Program-made: the position numbers and the translations under genes
In this document: one piece after another, positions 19,350 to 28,881 of the stretch
Position numbering within the stretch: position 1 is the first letter of the stretch
Layout of the letters: the number at the start of each line of letters is the position of its first letter
Notes under the pieces: generated by a model
The model's input: the letters and a program-made list of their open reading frames with translations, nothing else
Told to the model about the DNA's origin: nothing
The model's database searches: none
Assembly (NCBI GenBank): GCA_021792255.1
Contig: JAJYUZ010000001.1
Span: 1 to 64,000, forward strand
Direction of reading: 5' to 3'
Length of the DNA: 64,000 nucleotides
Source: Thermoplasmata archaeon
GTDB lineage: Archaea; Thermoplasmatota; Thermoplasmata; Thermoplasmatales; GCA-001856825

Positions 19350-20480
19350 GTGAATCCTCGCCCGATAGATTACAACTCTAAACCAATATTGATTTTCTGG
19401 GAAGCTACAAAGGCGTGTGACCTTGCGTGCAAACACTGTAGGGCATCGGCACTTTTGGAAGCATTGCCGGACGAAATGAACTTGGAGGAATCTCTCTCAT
19501 TTATAGAACAGATAAAGGGGTTCGGAGCCCCATATCCTGTTCTTATCCTGACGGGAGGGGACATAATGAAGAAGAGAGGACTTGAGGAAATCCTGAAGAG
19601 AACCAAGGAACTGGGCATTCCCACGTCAATGTCTCCGAGCGCGACGCCACTATTAAACGAAGCTGCGTTCGAGATGATGAAGAAATATGGGGTAAAATCG
19701 CTCTCACTTAGTCTGGACGGAGCCTCCTCAGATACTCACGATTGGCTGAGGGGCTACCTGGGCACTTTTGATAAGACAGTCAATCTTGCGAGAAGTATAA
19801 TTTCTGAGGGATTCACACTCCAAATCAATACGACAATCTTCAAGAGAAACGTTCACGAGCTACCTCAGCTGCTCAAGATTTTGCTTGAGACCAAAGTCAA
19901 GACGTGGGAAGTGTTTTCGCTCATCAAGACCGGGAGAGGGATTGATAGAGAAGATCTGGATCCTCAAGCGTATGAGGATGTATTCAACTATCTAGAATTT
20001 GCATCAAGATATGGAATTTCTGTCAGGACCGTGGAAGCACCTTTCTTCAGAAGGATTATGATCGAGAGAGAAAAGACGACCTATAATGGTGGCCCGCTTT
20101 ACAGCAAGCTCGTCGAAGAGACTGTGACACTTTTGGGCAGACCAGCCGATAAGACCAAGGGGCATACGAGCCAGACCCGGGATGGCAAGGGCATAATCTT
20201 CGTTGCTCATAACGGGGACGTCAATCCATCGGGATTCCTGCCAATCAAGCTGGGAAGCGTGAAGGAAAAGACAATTTCGGACATCTACAGGAACAACGAG
20301 ACACTGGTCAGTCTAAGGGACTCGAAGAATTTCAAGGGAAGATGCGGAGCGTGCGAATATTCGGACATTTGCGGTGGATCTCGTTCAAGAGCCTATACTT
20401 ATTTTGGGGACATACTCCAGGAGGATCCCCGTTGTGTCTACATACCGGAATCTATGAAAGCTTTGAATAGCGCAAAGTGA
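19350..20480 (+). CDS. Radical SAM/SPASM protein, AhbD/NirJ-related (putative coproheme decarboxylase)
   Basis: FWEATKACDLACKHCRA, LTGGD, SLDG, SPASM CGACEYSDICGGSRSRAY..DPRC; GTG 19350 lies about 25 nt after TTATATA. Confidence 0.8.
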   Translation: MNPRPIDYNSKPILIFWEATKACDLACKHCRASALLEALPDEMNLEESLSFIEQIKGFGAPYPVLILTGGDIMKKRGLEEILKRTKELGIPTSMSPSATPLLNEAAFEMMKKYGVKSLSLSLDGASSDTHDWLRGYLGTFDKTVNLARSIISEGFTLQINTTIFKRNVHELPQLLKILLETKVKTWEVFSLIKTGRGIDREDLDPQAYEDVFNYLEFASRYGISVRTVEAPFFRRIMIEREKTTYNGGPLYSKLVEETVTLLGRPADKTKGHTSQTRDGKGIIFVAHNGDVNPSGFLPIKLGSVKEKTISDIYRNNETLVSLRDSKNFKGRCGACEYSDICGGSRSRAYTYFGDILQEDPRCVYIPESMKALNSAK

Positions 20481-20492
20481 TTGAGAAATGCA

Positions 20493-20999
20493 ATGATCGA
20501 CCTACTCTTGCTTACTATCCTCTTTGTTCACGTAATATGTGCGGTTTTTCTCGTCGGGTCATCAATCTTTGTTTGGGTTATTGTGTGGCCTGCTAGCAGT
20601 ATAGCCATGCCTGATGAGAAGCAGAGGACAAGGTTCATGTCAGTAATGGGCAAGAGGTACGCCCTCTGGACAAACATCTCAATACTTCTTCTCACGGTCT
20701 CAGGGATTCTCTTGGTATTTCTTTATCGTCCATCATACATCACCAACTTTTCCTATTCGCTGACGACGCAGTGGGGTTACGTTCTTACCGTCAAGATTGT
20801 GGCAGTGGCTCTGATGTACATTGTTCTTTATGGTAACAATCTTTGGCACGGCAAGATGTTTCCAAAGCTGGCAGAAGCTGGAAAGTTTGAGGAACTGAAA
20901 GAGTTGAGAAAAATATCTCATCTCCTTTCATTTATCACCGTTGGACTTATGGTAGTAATAGTGATAATTGCAGAAGTTTTGGCCGGGGTGTTCTTCTGA
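20493..20999 (+). CDS. 4-TM membrane protein, CopD/HemJ-like
   Basis: TM1 His (FVHVICAVFLVG), WGYVLTVKIVAV motif and additional His residues; embedded in the hem operon. Confidence 0.6.
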   Translation: MIDLLLLTILFVHVICAVFLVGSSIFVWVIVWPASSIAMPDEKQRTRFMSVMGKRYALWTNISILLLTVSGILLVFLYRPSYITNFSYSLTTQWGYVLTVKIVAVALMYIVLYGNNLWHGKMFPKLAEAGKFEELKELRKISHLLSFITVGLMVVIVIIAEVLAGVFF

Positions 21000-21028
21000 G
21001 CAAGAGCGAGGAACTATTTGAAAAGGCA

Positions 21029-22183
21029 ATGAAAGTTTTTCCGAAGGGAGTGAACAGTCCTGTAAGATTCTACCCTCCTTATCCTAGGTTCATCAAGCGG
21101 GGAAAGGGATCGCGGATCTGGGATGTAGACGAAAGAGAGTACGTTGATTTTTTACTCGCGTATGGTCCACTGATTCTGGGGCACTCACCTGAAGCGGTTG
21201 TAAAAAAGATAAAGGAAACGGTCGAGATGGGCACTATTTATGGTGCACCCACCGAGCAGGAGGTGCAGTTTGGGGAATTAATGACCAAGTCCGCCGTTCT
21301 GGATAAAATAAGGATCGTAAATTCTGGAACTGAAGCTACGATGCACGCCATCAGGCTCGCAAAGCATTATACGAAGAGAAAGAAAATTCTGAAGATAGAC
21401 GGAGGCTATCACGGTACTCATCCATTCAATTTTCCTTCAGATTTAGTGGAGTCGGTGGAGTTCAACTCGCCCCAATCGGTCAAAGAGAAACTTTCCGGAA
21501 AAGAGTTCGCGTGTCTAATTCTGGAACCAGTGATGGGAAATATCGGGGTAATACCTCCCGAGATGGGGTTTCTAGAACAGGTGAGAGATATGACCGAAAA
21601 GACAGGCACTCTATTGGTCGCGGATGAGGTCATAACAGGGTACAGAGGGGGTTTCTTCCCATACTATGTTTCCGAGAAGATAGAACCGGATATAGCGACG
21701 TTTGCCAAGATCATAGGTGGAGGTCTTCCCCTAGCGGTATATGGAGGAAGGGAGGAGATCATGAAAGAGGTAAGACCGCAAGGAACATTCTCACAGGCAG
21801 GGACATTTTCCGGAAACCCCGTATCTGTGACTGCTGGACTGGAGACTTTGAAAATATTATCAAATAAAGACTATGCCTCCTTGAAAAAACTCACTGACTT
21901 GGCGGTCAAACAATTATCAGAATCAGAGTTGACAGTAAATTCACAGACCGGAATGCTCTCCATTTTCTTCACCAGAGAAAAAGTCAAGAATGCTTCCGAT
22001 GCATCCAAATCGAGGAAGAAGTTGTACTTCCGACTGTTCGAGAGGGCGTTGGAGGCTGGTATCTATCTTGCTCCTTCCTTTGACGAAACAATTTTCATTA
22101 GCTTTGCGCATAAAGAGAAGGAAGTGAAAGAGTCGTTCCAATTCCTTGGTGAGGAAGCGAAAAAGCTATGGAAGGCATCATAA
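21029..22183 (+). CDS. hemL: Glutamate-1-semialdehyde 2,1-aminomutase
   Basis: GVNSPVR, VNSGTEATM, DEVITG, AKIIGGGLP, QAGTFSGNP. Confidence 0.93.
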   Translation: MKVFPKGVNSPVRFYPPYPRFIKRGKGSRIWDVDEREYVDFLLAYGPLILGHSPEAVVKKIKETVEMGTIYGAPTEQEVQFGELMTKSAVLDKIRIVNSGTEATMHAIRLAKHYTKRKKILKIDGGYHGTHPFNFPSDLVESVEFNSPQSVKEKLSGKEFACLILEPVMGNIGVIPPEMGFLEQVRDMTEKTGTLLVADEVITGYRGGFFPYYVSEKIEPDIATFAKIIGGGLPLAVYGGREEIMKEVRPQGTFSQAGTFSGNPVSVTAGLETLKILSNKDYASLKKLTDLAVKQLSESELTVNSQTGMLSIFFTREKVKNASDASKSRKKLYFRLFERALEAGIYLAPSFDETIFISFAHKEKEVKESFQFLGEEAKKLWKAS

Positions 22184-23013
22184 GACTTGCAACGAGGGGG
22201 TCAAGACTAGCTCTCAAACAGTTCGAGATAATTTCCAAGACGCTAGAATCTTATGGCGTGAAGTGTGAACCGTTCCTGGTAGAATCGCACGGCGAGCACG
22301 ACACAGAAACACCACTGTACAGCATGAGTGAGCAGGGAGTTTTCGTAAGGAAACTGAACGACAAGATCATCGAAGGGGAGGTAGATGCCGCTGTACACTC
22401 TGCCAAGGATTTACCCAACGAAATTGATCGAGCTCTAAGTATAAGTTATTACTCGAAGCGAGCTGACCCCAGAGATTATTTCATTTCCGGGATGCCTCTG
22501 GCGAAATTTTCAGGAACCGTTGGTTCGAGTTCTATCAGAAGAAAACGATTCATCGGTCAACACAACAGAAATCTGGAATTTTTGAACATAAGAGGTAACA
22601 TAGATACGAGAATCAGAAAGTGGGAACGAGGTGAATTTGGCTCTATAGTCGTGGCAAAAGCTGCGCTCGATCGGTTGGGTCTCACCCCTCCGGGTGAAGT
22701 GATCAGTGAGGAGATATGTCCCCCAGATCCTAACCAGGGATTCATCGCAATTGTTACAGAAAGGGGAAGCAAGTTAGAGTGCACGCTCAAGAAAATACAA
22801 GAACAGGAACAGTTGTGGGAAGCAAGTAAGGAAAGGGAGCTAATGGTCAGGCTTCAACTGGGATGCAATCTCGCTGCAAGCATAAGAGCGATTTACTCTG
22901 AAAAGGTTGTGAAATTTGCGTACGCAGATGAAGAGAGAAGATACGACTTTTCGTTCAAGAAAGAGATTGAAGAGTCCGATGTGAGGAAATTGAGGGATAT
23001 CATTGGGCGTTAG
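22168..23013 (+). CDS. hemC: Hydroxymethylbilane synthase
   Basis: ATRGSRLA, DAAVHSAKDLP, IRGNIDTR, LGC cofactor Cys. Confidence 0.93.
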   Translation: MEGIIRLATRGSRLALKQFEIISKTLESYGVKCEPFLVESHGEHDTETPLYSMSEQGVFVRKLNDKIIEGEVDAAVHSAKDLPNEIDRALSISYYSKRADPRDYFISGMPLAKFSGTVGSSSIRRKRFIGQHNRNLEFLNIRGNIDTRIRKWERGEFGSIVVAKAALDRLGLTPPGEVISEEICPPDPNQGFIAIVTERGSKLECTLKKIQEQEQLWEASKERELMVRLQLGCNLAASIRAIYSEKVVKFAYADEERRYDFSFKKEIEESDVRKLRDIIGR

Positions 23014-23653
23014 TGTGGCGTACGTTGGCGCTCCGCTGGAAGACGAAATTAGAGGGGTAGTACAGATACCGGTCTTGAAAATTGTTTACTTGGATCTGAC
23101 TGGCCTAAAGAAGATTGATGGAGCGTGCGTATTTACCTCCAAGAGGGGTATCGTCTCTCTGAAGATGTCAAACGTTTCAATAAAGAGCAACAGAATTTAC
23201 TGCATAGGAGAACAAACAGCAGCACACCTGCAGACGCTTTACTCTCTGACGTGCCAGGTTCCCAAGGTTCAGAATTCTGATGGCCTCGCTGAAATGCTGA
23301 TATCGAAAGAGAAGTCGATAAGAATAATCAGCAGTGATCAGATCTCAGAGAAATTCCTGAAGAAACTCAGGGCAAATGACATCTCGGTGAGGCATACTGT
23401 TGCTTACAGGATAGAAGAAAATGTTGACGTGGACTATCATCTCCTTGAAGGTGCGAAAAGGATTCTCATAGGTTCTTCGAGATCTTTTGAAATCCTCAAC
23501 AAGAACGCCAAGGGAACCTTGAAGGGGAAGAAACTGTATGCCATAGGCAAACCGACGGAAGAAACGATGATTTCATTGGGCTTCAGTCCCACAGAGTGCT
23601 TCGAATCTCCTGACATTGAAAGTGTCTTGGCTCTGCTCATCACGAAAAGGTAA
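23003..23653 (+). CDS. hemD: Uroporphyrinogen-III synthase
   Basis: VFTSKRG, YCIGEQTA, NSDGLAE, VAY, AIGKPT; follows hemC. Confidence 0.85.
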   Translation: MGVSVAYVGAPLEDEIRGVVQIPVLKIVYLDLTGLKKIDGACVFTSKRGIVSLKMSNVSIKSNRIYCIGEQTAAHLQTLYSLTCQVPKVQNSDGLAEMLISKEKSIRIISSDQISEKFLKKLRANDISVRHTVAYRIEENVDVDYHLLEGAKRILIGSSRSFEILNKNAKGTLKGKKLYAIGKPTEETMISLGFSPTECFESPDIESVLALLITKR

Positions 23654-23689
23654 TTATATCGACCGCGTTTCAGTACAAGGTGCGATAAA

Positions 23690-24913
23690 TTGGAGAAGGG
23701 TGGTATATTCCTCGTAAAAGTCACTTATGGGGATTTGGGTTCGTTGTTTTACTCGACCATCAAGGACATCCAACTTGAAAGGGTCTATGACTACTTAAGG
23801 AAGAACGAGAGAATAGAGGAGGCGCTCGTACTTTGGACCTGCAATAGGTTCGAGATATACTTTTATCCCGGTGACAGAGAGACCGTAGAGTTTGTGCAAG
23901 ATTACGTCAAAGACAGGTCTCTGAAGCACAGTGTGGCCCACGGTATGGATGCGGTCAAGCATCTATTCCTTGTTTCCGCTGGACTCGACTCGATGGTCAT
24001 CGGAGAGAACGAAATACTCGCACAGATCAGGGAGTCCTGGGAGACTTCAAAGCAGAAAGGTTTCTCCGGAACCAATCTGAATGTGATACTAAAAAAAGCA
24101 CTCGAAGTGGGTAGAAAGGCTAGAAGAGAGAATGGAAATGGACAGCACGCGAGGAGTGTCGCAGGTGAGGCGCTGGACGAAATAGAGATTTTGCCTGGAC
24201 AGAAAGTGCTTGTCATTGGTGCGGGCGATTTGGGAACACAGATATCCAGCTACCTCTCGAGAAGAGGGATCCGCTTTTCGATAAGCAACAGGACTTCTGG
24301 AAAGCCGACGGAGATTTCAAAGGCGTTTGGAGCAGAGATCGAAGAATTTGACAAGAAGAAGTGGAAGAAATACGACGTGATTATAACGGCCACAAAGTCT
24401 AATGACGTCATTTTGGGGAGAAAGGACGTAGCGAACTCAAAGATCAAGACGATTCTGGACCTGGGTGTTCCACCAAACGTGTCAGAGGATCTTCCAAAGA
24501 GCATCAAGCTGGTCAACATGGAACTGCTATCCAAGACCATCAAATCAAGGAACGATAAGACGAATGACTATGCAACCAAGAGTCTCAAGACTGTCAATGA
24601 AGAATATGATAAGTTTGCACAAAAAATCATGAATGTGGACAAGGAAGATCTACTGAAAAAGATATTCGATTATTCGAACGAGGTCATCGAAGAAGAGATG
24701 AGATACTTTGAGAGGAAGAGCCACAACACAGAGAATCACGCCCAGATCAGAAAGGGCCTCGAATCGACCAGAAACAAACTTCTGGGCTTCGTAATCAATG
24801 GTATAAAGAATGCGAAAGATATCAGATCATCAGAGACCATTACCAATATGGAGATGATATTGAACGAAAACTTTTCCAGATATGAGGCTAAGAAGGTTAA
24901 GAAAGTCACCTAG
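23690..24913 (+). CDS. hemA: Glutamyl-tRNA reductase
   Basis: TCNRFEIY, AGLDSMVIGENEILAQ, VIGAGDLG, DLGVPPNV. Confidence 0.93.
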   Translation: MEKGGIFLVKVTYGDLGSLFYSTIKDIQLERVYDYLRKNERIEEALVLWTCNRFEIYFYPGDRETVEFVQDYVKDRSLKHSVAHGMDAVKHLFLVSAGLDSMVIGENEILAQIRESWETSKQKGFSGTNLNVILKKALEVGRKARRENGNGQHARSVAGEALDEIEILPGQKVLVIGAGDLGTQISSYLSRRGIRFSISNRTSGKPTEISKAFGAEIEEFDKKKWKKYDVIITATKSNDVILGRKDVANSKIKTILDLGVPPNVSEDLPKSIKLVNMELLSKTIKSRNDKTNDYATKSLKTVNEEYDKFAQKIMNVDKEDLLKKIFDYSNEVIEEEMRYFERKSHNTENHAQIRKGLESTRNKLLGFVINGIKNAKDIRSSETITNMEMILNENFSRYEAKKVKKVT

Positions 24914-25838
24914 AATCAGGGAAGTTTTTGCCGATACGGAGATAAGGACGAATAAGCTGATTATGCCAATGTTCGTCGACGAGAATCTGTCGAAACCAGA
25001 AGAAATAAGGAACATGCCAGACATTTACCGATTTCCACTAAGAAAGCTTGTCGACAAGGCAAAAGAGTACGACGGTCTGGGAGTGAAATCGATCCTGCTC
25101 TTCGGGGTGCCAAAGCACAAGGACAGTACTGGTTCAGCATCCTACGACAAGGATGGAATAGTTCAGAGAGCAGTAAGGGAAGTGAAGAAGGAGACGGACT
25201 TAGCGGTATTCACGGATCTCTGTCTGTGCGAATACACGGACCACGGTCACTGTGGAGTAATTAAGGGTAGGAAAATCGATAACGATTCAACGATCGAAAT
25301 TTACGCCAAAATCGCAAAGAGTTATGCGGAGGCAGGTGCGGACGGGGTCGCACCTTCGGGAATGATGGATGGGCAGGTCAAGGGAATCAGGAAGGAGCTC
25401 GATTCGTCTGGTTTTGAGGAAACGCTGATAATGGCTTACAGTGCAAAGTTCTCAAGCTCGATGTATGCACCATTCAGGGAAGCAGTTTTTTCGACTCCAT
25501 CTTTTGGGGATAGACGAACGTATCAGATGGGTTACTCTGGAATCAGGGAGGCGATACGAGAAATGGAACTCGATGTCGAGGAAGGAGCGGACGCAATTAT
25601 GGTCAAACCAGCGCTATTCTACCTGGACATCATAAGAGAGGCAAGGAACAGTTTTCTTCTTCCCATCGCAGCGTACAATGTCAGTGCCGAATACTCTATG
25701 ATCAGGTCCGCGGCCAAGAACGGCATCATAGATCTTGACTCCGTAGTCGATGAATCTCTTAACGCAATATTCAGGGCTGGAGCGGATATTGTCATAAGCT
25801 ATTTCACGGAGTACTTGATGAAAAGACGTAAAAGTTAG
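24882..25838 (+). CDS. hemB: Porphobilinogen synthase (Zn-type)
   Basis: DLCLCEYTDHGHCG, APSGMMDG, MVKPA, YNVSAEY. Confidence 0.97.
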   Translation: MRLRRLRKSPRIREVFADTEIRTNKLIMPMFVDENLSKPEEIRNMPDIYRFPLRKLVDKAKEYDGLGVKSILLFGVPKHKDSTGSASYDKDGIVQRAVREVKKETDLAVFTDLCLCEYTDHGHCGVIKGRKIDNDSTIEIYAKIAKSYAEAGADGVAPSGMMDGQVKGIRKELDSSGFEETLIMAYSAKFSSSMYAPFREAVFSTPSFGDRRTYQMGYSGIREAIREMELDVEEGADAIMVKPALFYLDIIREARNSFLLPIAAYNVSAEYSMIRSAAKNGIIDLDSVVDESLNAIFRAGADIVISYFTEYLMKRRKS

Positions 25839-25889
25839 TTGCTTTCGAAACTCAAATTTATTTATATATTGACATTATTTCAACAGATA

Positions 25890-26840
25890 ATGAGGACAGT
25901 CATCTGGAACATAGACTTCAAGTGTAATCTTCTTTGCAAGGGGTGCAACGCGTTTGAGGGGAACGTTCTCTTCCCTAAAGACAAGATTGAAGATTTCACA
26001 GACGAAATGAAGTACAACAAGGTCAAGATCGTTTCGGTGACTGGAGGAGAACCTACCCTCCACCCTGACCTACCGAGAATCCTCAAGACACTGAAGGAAC
26101 ACAAATTCACCACTCATATTGCAACGAACGGCACTAACAAATTCGTTCTGAGCAAGATATACCCTTACCTGGATGCGGCCACAATCAGCCTGGACAGTCA
26201 CCATCCCGAAATGCACAACGAGTACAGGGGGAGGAAGATTTTCGATGTCGTTGTGGAGAGCATGAAGTATCTGAAGCCGAGAGTGAAGGTTCTCACTTCC
26301 AATATCCTAGTCACAGACTTCAATTATGACAAAATGGGAGAATATGCCACTTACGTGAACAAGAAACTTGGACTCCCAGTCTCGATGTGCTTCCCGGATA
26401 ACAGTGCGTACTATTACGAGAAAGTACCCGTTCAGAATGATCAGATAAAGGAAGCATTCAATTTCGCATTTGAGAATTACAAGAACTACAAATTTGGTAA
26501 CACCAAGACCTACTATAAGGAGGCAGTGGACTGGCTGGAGAAGAGGGACGTGCAGCAGTGCAGAGCGGGTGAGGAAGTGTTCTACGCAGACTATCACGGG
26601 GACGTCTACCCGTGCTTCTATAAGACCACAAAGAAGCTGAACCAGAACAGAAAGTGGGACGACTACAACAACACCTGCAACGACTGTTTTATCCAGTGTT
26701 TCAGAGAGCCCTCAATGAAGAATTTCTTCGAGCAGGCCAAGCTAGTAAGTCAGATATATCTTTATAATCGTAGGCATATTGGAACGACGACGCTCAATGC
26801 GAATAGCCCTATGCAGCGATACATACCACCCGATAGCTGA
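25890..26840 (+). CDS. Radical SAM protein with SPASM/twitch-type C-terminus, function unknown
   Basis: CNLLCKGC, TGGEPTLH, ISLDS, CRAG...GDVYPC...CNDCFIQC; own TTTATATA box at 25861-25868. Confidence 0.85.
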   Translation: MRTVIWNIDFKCNLLCKGCNAFEGNVLFPKDKIEDFTDEMKYNKVKIVSVTGGEPTLHPDLPRILKTLKEHKFTTHIATNGTNKFVLSKIYPYLDAATISLDSHHPEMHNEYRGRKIFDVVVESMKYLKPRVKVLTSNILVTDFNYDKMGEYATYVNKKLGLPVSMCFPDNSAYYYEKVPVQNDQIKEAFNFAFENYKNYKFGNTKTYYKEAVDWLEKRDVQQCRAGEEVFYADYHGDVYPCFYKTTKKLNQNRKWDDYNNTCNDCFIQCFREPSMKNFFEQAKLVSQIYLYNRRHIGTTTLNANSPMQRYIPPDS

Positions 26841-27870
26841 TGGTGTTTCAAATCACCTAGTAGATTACAAAGCTGAGCTTGAGCGACGGGGGCATTCAGT
26901 TAGGGTCTACACAGTATTTTCAAACAACGACGGCGTTTATGGTCTGCCTTCCTATCACTTTCCCCTCTACAAGGAGTACAAGGTGGGTATTCCGGTCTAT
27001 GAAATGTTCAGGGACATGGATCGCTTCGATCCCCAGGTGATCCACATCCACACTCCATTCGTCCTCGGAACGATGGGTTACAGGTACGCAAGGAAAAATG
27101 AAATCCCGACTGTGGGAACATACCACACAGATTTTGTCAACATGGATAACACGATCGATTTTCCCTTTATCAAGAGCATACTCAACCTTGGATTCCAGTA
27201 CAATATGCATCTGTATAGGAAACTGGATCTGATAATCTCACCATCGAAACTGGTTGCAAATTATCTCAAGGATTTCGGGAACGATTCAAAAATAGTCCCA
27301 GTAGGTATAGATCTCAGAAAGTTCGTCTACAGTGAACAAAAAGAAAATTATTACCTGTTCATAGGGCGACTGACCCAGGACAAGGGTGTGCTGGAAGTCC
27401 TAGAAGCTGCATCAGAGCTTCCCGATCAGAAGTTCAAGATCGCCGGCACGGGACCCCTAAAGGAGACCGTAAGGAGATACGCAAATAAATACAGGAATAT
27501 CGAGTATCTCGGTTTCGTTTCGGAGGAAGAGAAGATAAACCTCTTGAAAAACGCAAGGCTCCTCATCGTCCCCTCGAGGGCAGAGACCTTTGGAGTCGTG
27601 TACATCGAGGCAATGGCCTCTGGAACTCCAGCGATAGGCTCCGCGGAGACAAGGGAAATCGGGATACTGAAAGAGAGCTACAATGGATGGTACGTCAAGT
27701 ACGGGGACTCCAAAGAACTCGCAAACAAAATACGTGAAGTCGACGGAAAGGATCTCAGGAACCTGTCAGAGAACGCCCGTAAATCGAGCGTCGAATATTC
27801 TATCGAGTCGACTACTGATAAGCTAGAGGCAATATACGGTGAACTAATTGAACTTAAGAGCAGGAAGTAA
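26797..27870 (+). CDS. GT4 family glycosyltransferase (lipid glycosyltransferase-like)
   Basis: MRIALCSDTYHP..DGV, HIHTPF, TYHT, ETFGVVYIEAMASG (Ex7E). Confidence 0.9.
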   Translation: MRIALCSDTYHPIADGVSNHLVDYKAELERRGHSVRVYTVFSNNDGVYGLPSYHFPLYKEYKVGIPVYEMFRDMDRFDPQVIHIHTPFVLGTMGYRYARKNEIPTVGTYHTDFVNMDNTIDFPFIKSILNLGFQYNMHLYRKLDLIISPSKLVANYLKDFGNDSKIVPVGIDLRKFVYSEQKENYYLFIGRLTQDKGVLEVLEAASELPDQKFKIAGTGPLKETVRRYANKYRNIEYLGFVSEEEKINLLKNARLLIVPSRAETFGVVYIEAMASGTPAIGSAETREIGILKESYNGWYVKYGDSKELANKIREVDGKDLRNLSENARKSSVEYSIESTTDKLEAIYGELIELKSRK

Positions 27871-28849
27871 ATTCCTCGGTATTGCTGTATCGGTAATCAC
27901 CCTAGTGATTTTCACTTTTATTTATGGTCCCGCAAATTTGTTTCACACATTCTCAGCTTTACCGTTAGTATTCTTTCTCGTGGTACTGGGTGCGATTGCC
28001 CTGCACGTAGTCTCTTTCGTGTTTTGGTCGCTGCGTATAAAACTACTTTCTCAAATAAACGGGCACAAGATATCATTCGTAAAATCCTTCGTCACTGTGC
28101 TGTCTTCACTTTTTGCCGCCTCTTTGACGCCAGGTTATGTTGGTGGAGAACCTGTCAGAATAAAGAAACTGACCGACTACGGGGAGCCAGTAGGCACAGC
28201 GACGGCAATCGTACTCGGAGAAAGGGGGTTCGACTCAATCTTCTTTGTAGGGGTGTTCGCCTTCGTCATTCTTACCGGCTTAGAGATACTATCTGGTGAC
28301 CTGAAGATCTATGCAATAATAGGGACCGCTTTGCTCGCTGCATTCCTGATTTTCCTTTTCGTATCAATGGGGGCCAGCTCGCTGATGAAGAGAGTCCTGA
28401 GCTGGCTCGACAGAGCAATCAAGAAATTTCAAAGAAAGGATACGGGTGGCGAAGATTCCAATCCAAAAATTTTCGAACACGTCGAAAAGTACGCTTCTTC
28501 CACGAAGGAAATCTTCCTGAAGCACCCTTACGCCCTGATCTTGGGCGTGGCGATCACGGCACTCATATGGCTATCCGACTTTTTAGTGCCGGTGGCCCTG
28601 CTGTTAGGTTTCGGCGCGACACCCAATCTTGATTATATAATATTCATTCAGGTAATCCTGGTGCTGATTTCACTGATTCCAGTCACACCGGGTTCTGCCG
28701 GTATAATGGAGGTCCTAATGATAGCCACTTTCTCGGTTTTTCTACCGCACAGTAGTCTTGTGGCATTCGTCATAGTCTGGCGTTTCATAACGTTCTACTT
28801 CAACTTGATACTGGGTTCCCTCTTACTCCATCACGTTGTGACAAAATAA
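27848..28849 (+). CDS. Flippase-like membrane protein (UPF0104 / lysylphosphatidylglycerol synthase TM domain)
   Basis: TPGYVGGEP, ERGFD, PVTPGSAGIME, WRFITFY. Confidence 0.88.
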   Translation: MNLRAGSKFLGIAVSVITLVIFTFIYGPANLFHTFSALPLVFFLVVLGAIALHVVSFVFWSLRIKLLSQINGHKISFVKSFVTVLSSLFAASLTPGYVGGEPVRIKKLTDYGEPVGTATAIVLGERGFDSIFFVGVFAFVILTGLEILSGDLKIYAIIGTALLAAFLIFLFVSMGASSLMKRVLSWLDRAIKKFQRKDTGGEDSNPKIFEHVEKYASSTKEIFLKHPYALILGVAITALIWLSDFLVPVALLLGFGATPNLDYIIFIQVILVLISLIPVTPGSAGIMEVLMIATFSVFLPHSSLVAFVIVWRFITFYFNLILGSLLLHHVVTK

Positions 28850-28881
28850 AATAACAAAGTCTCTATTTACCATTGATTTGA

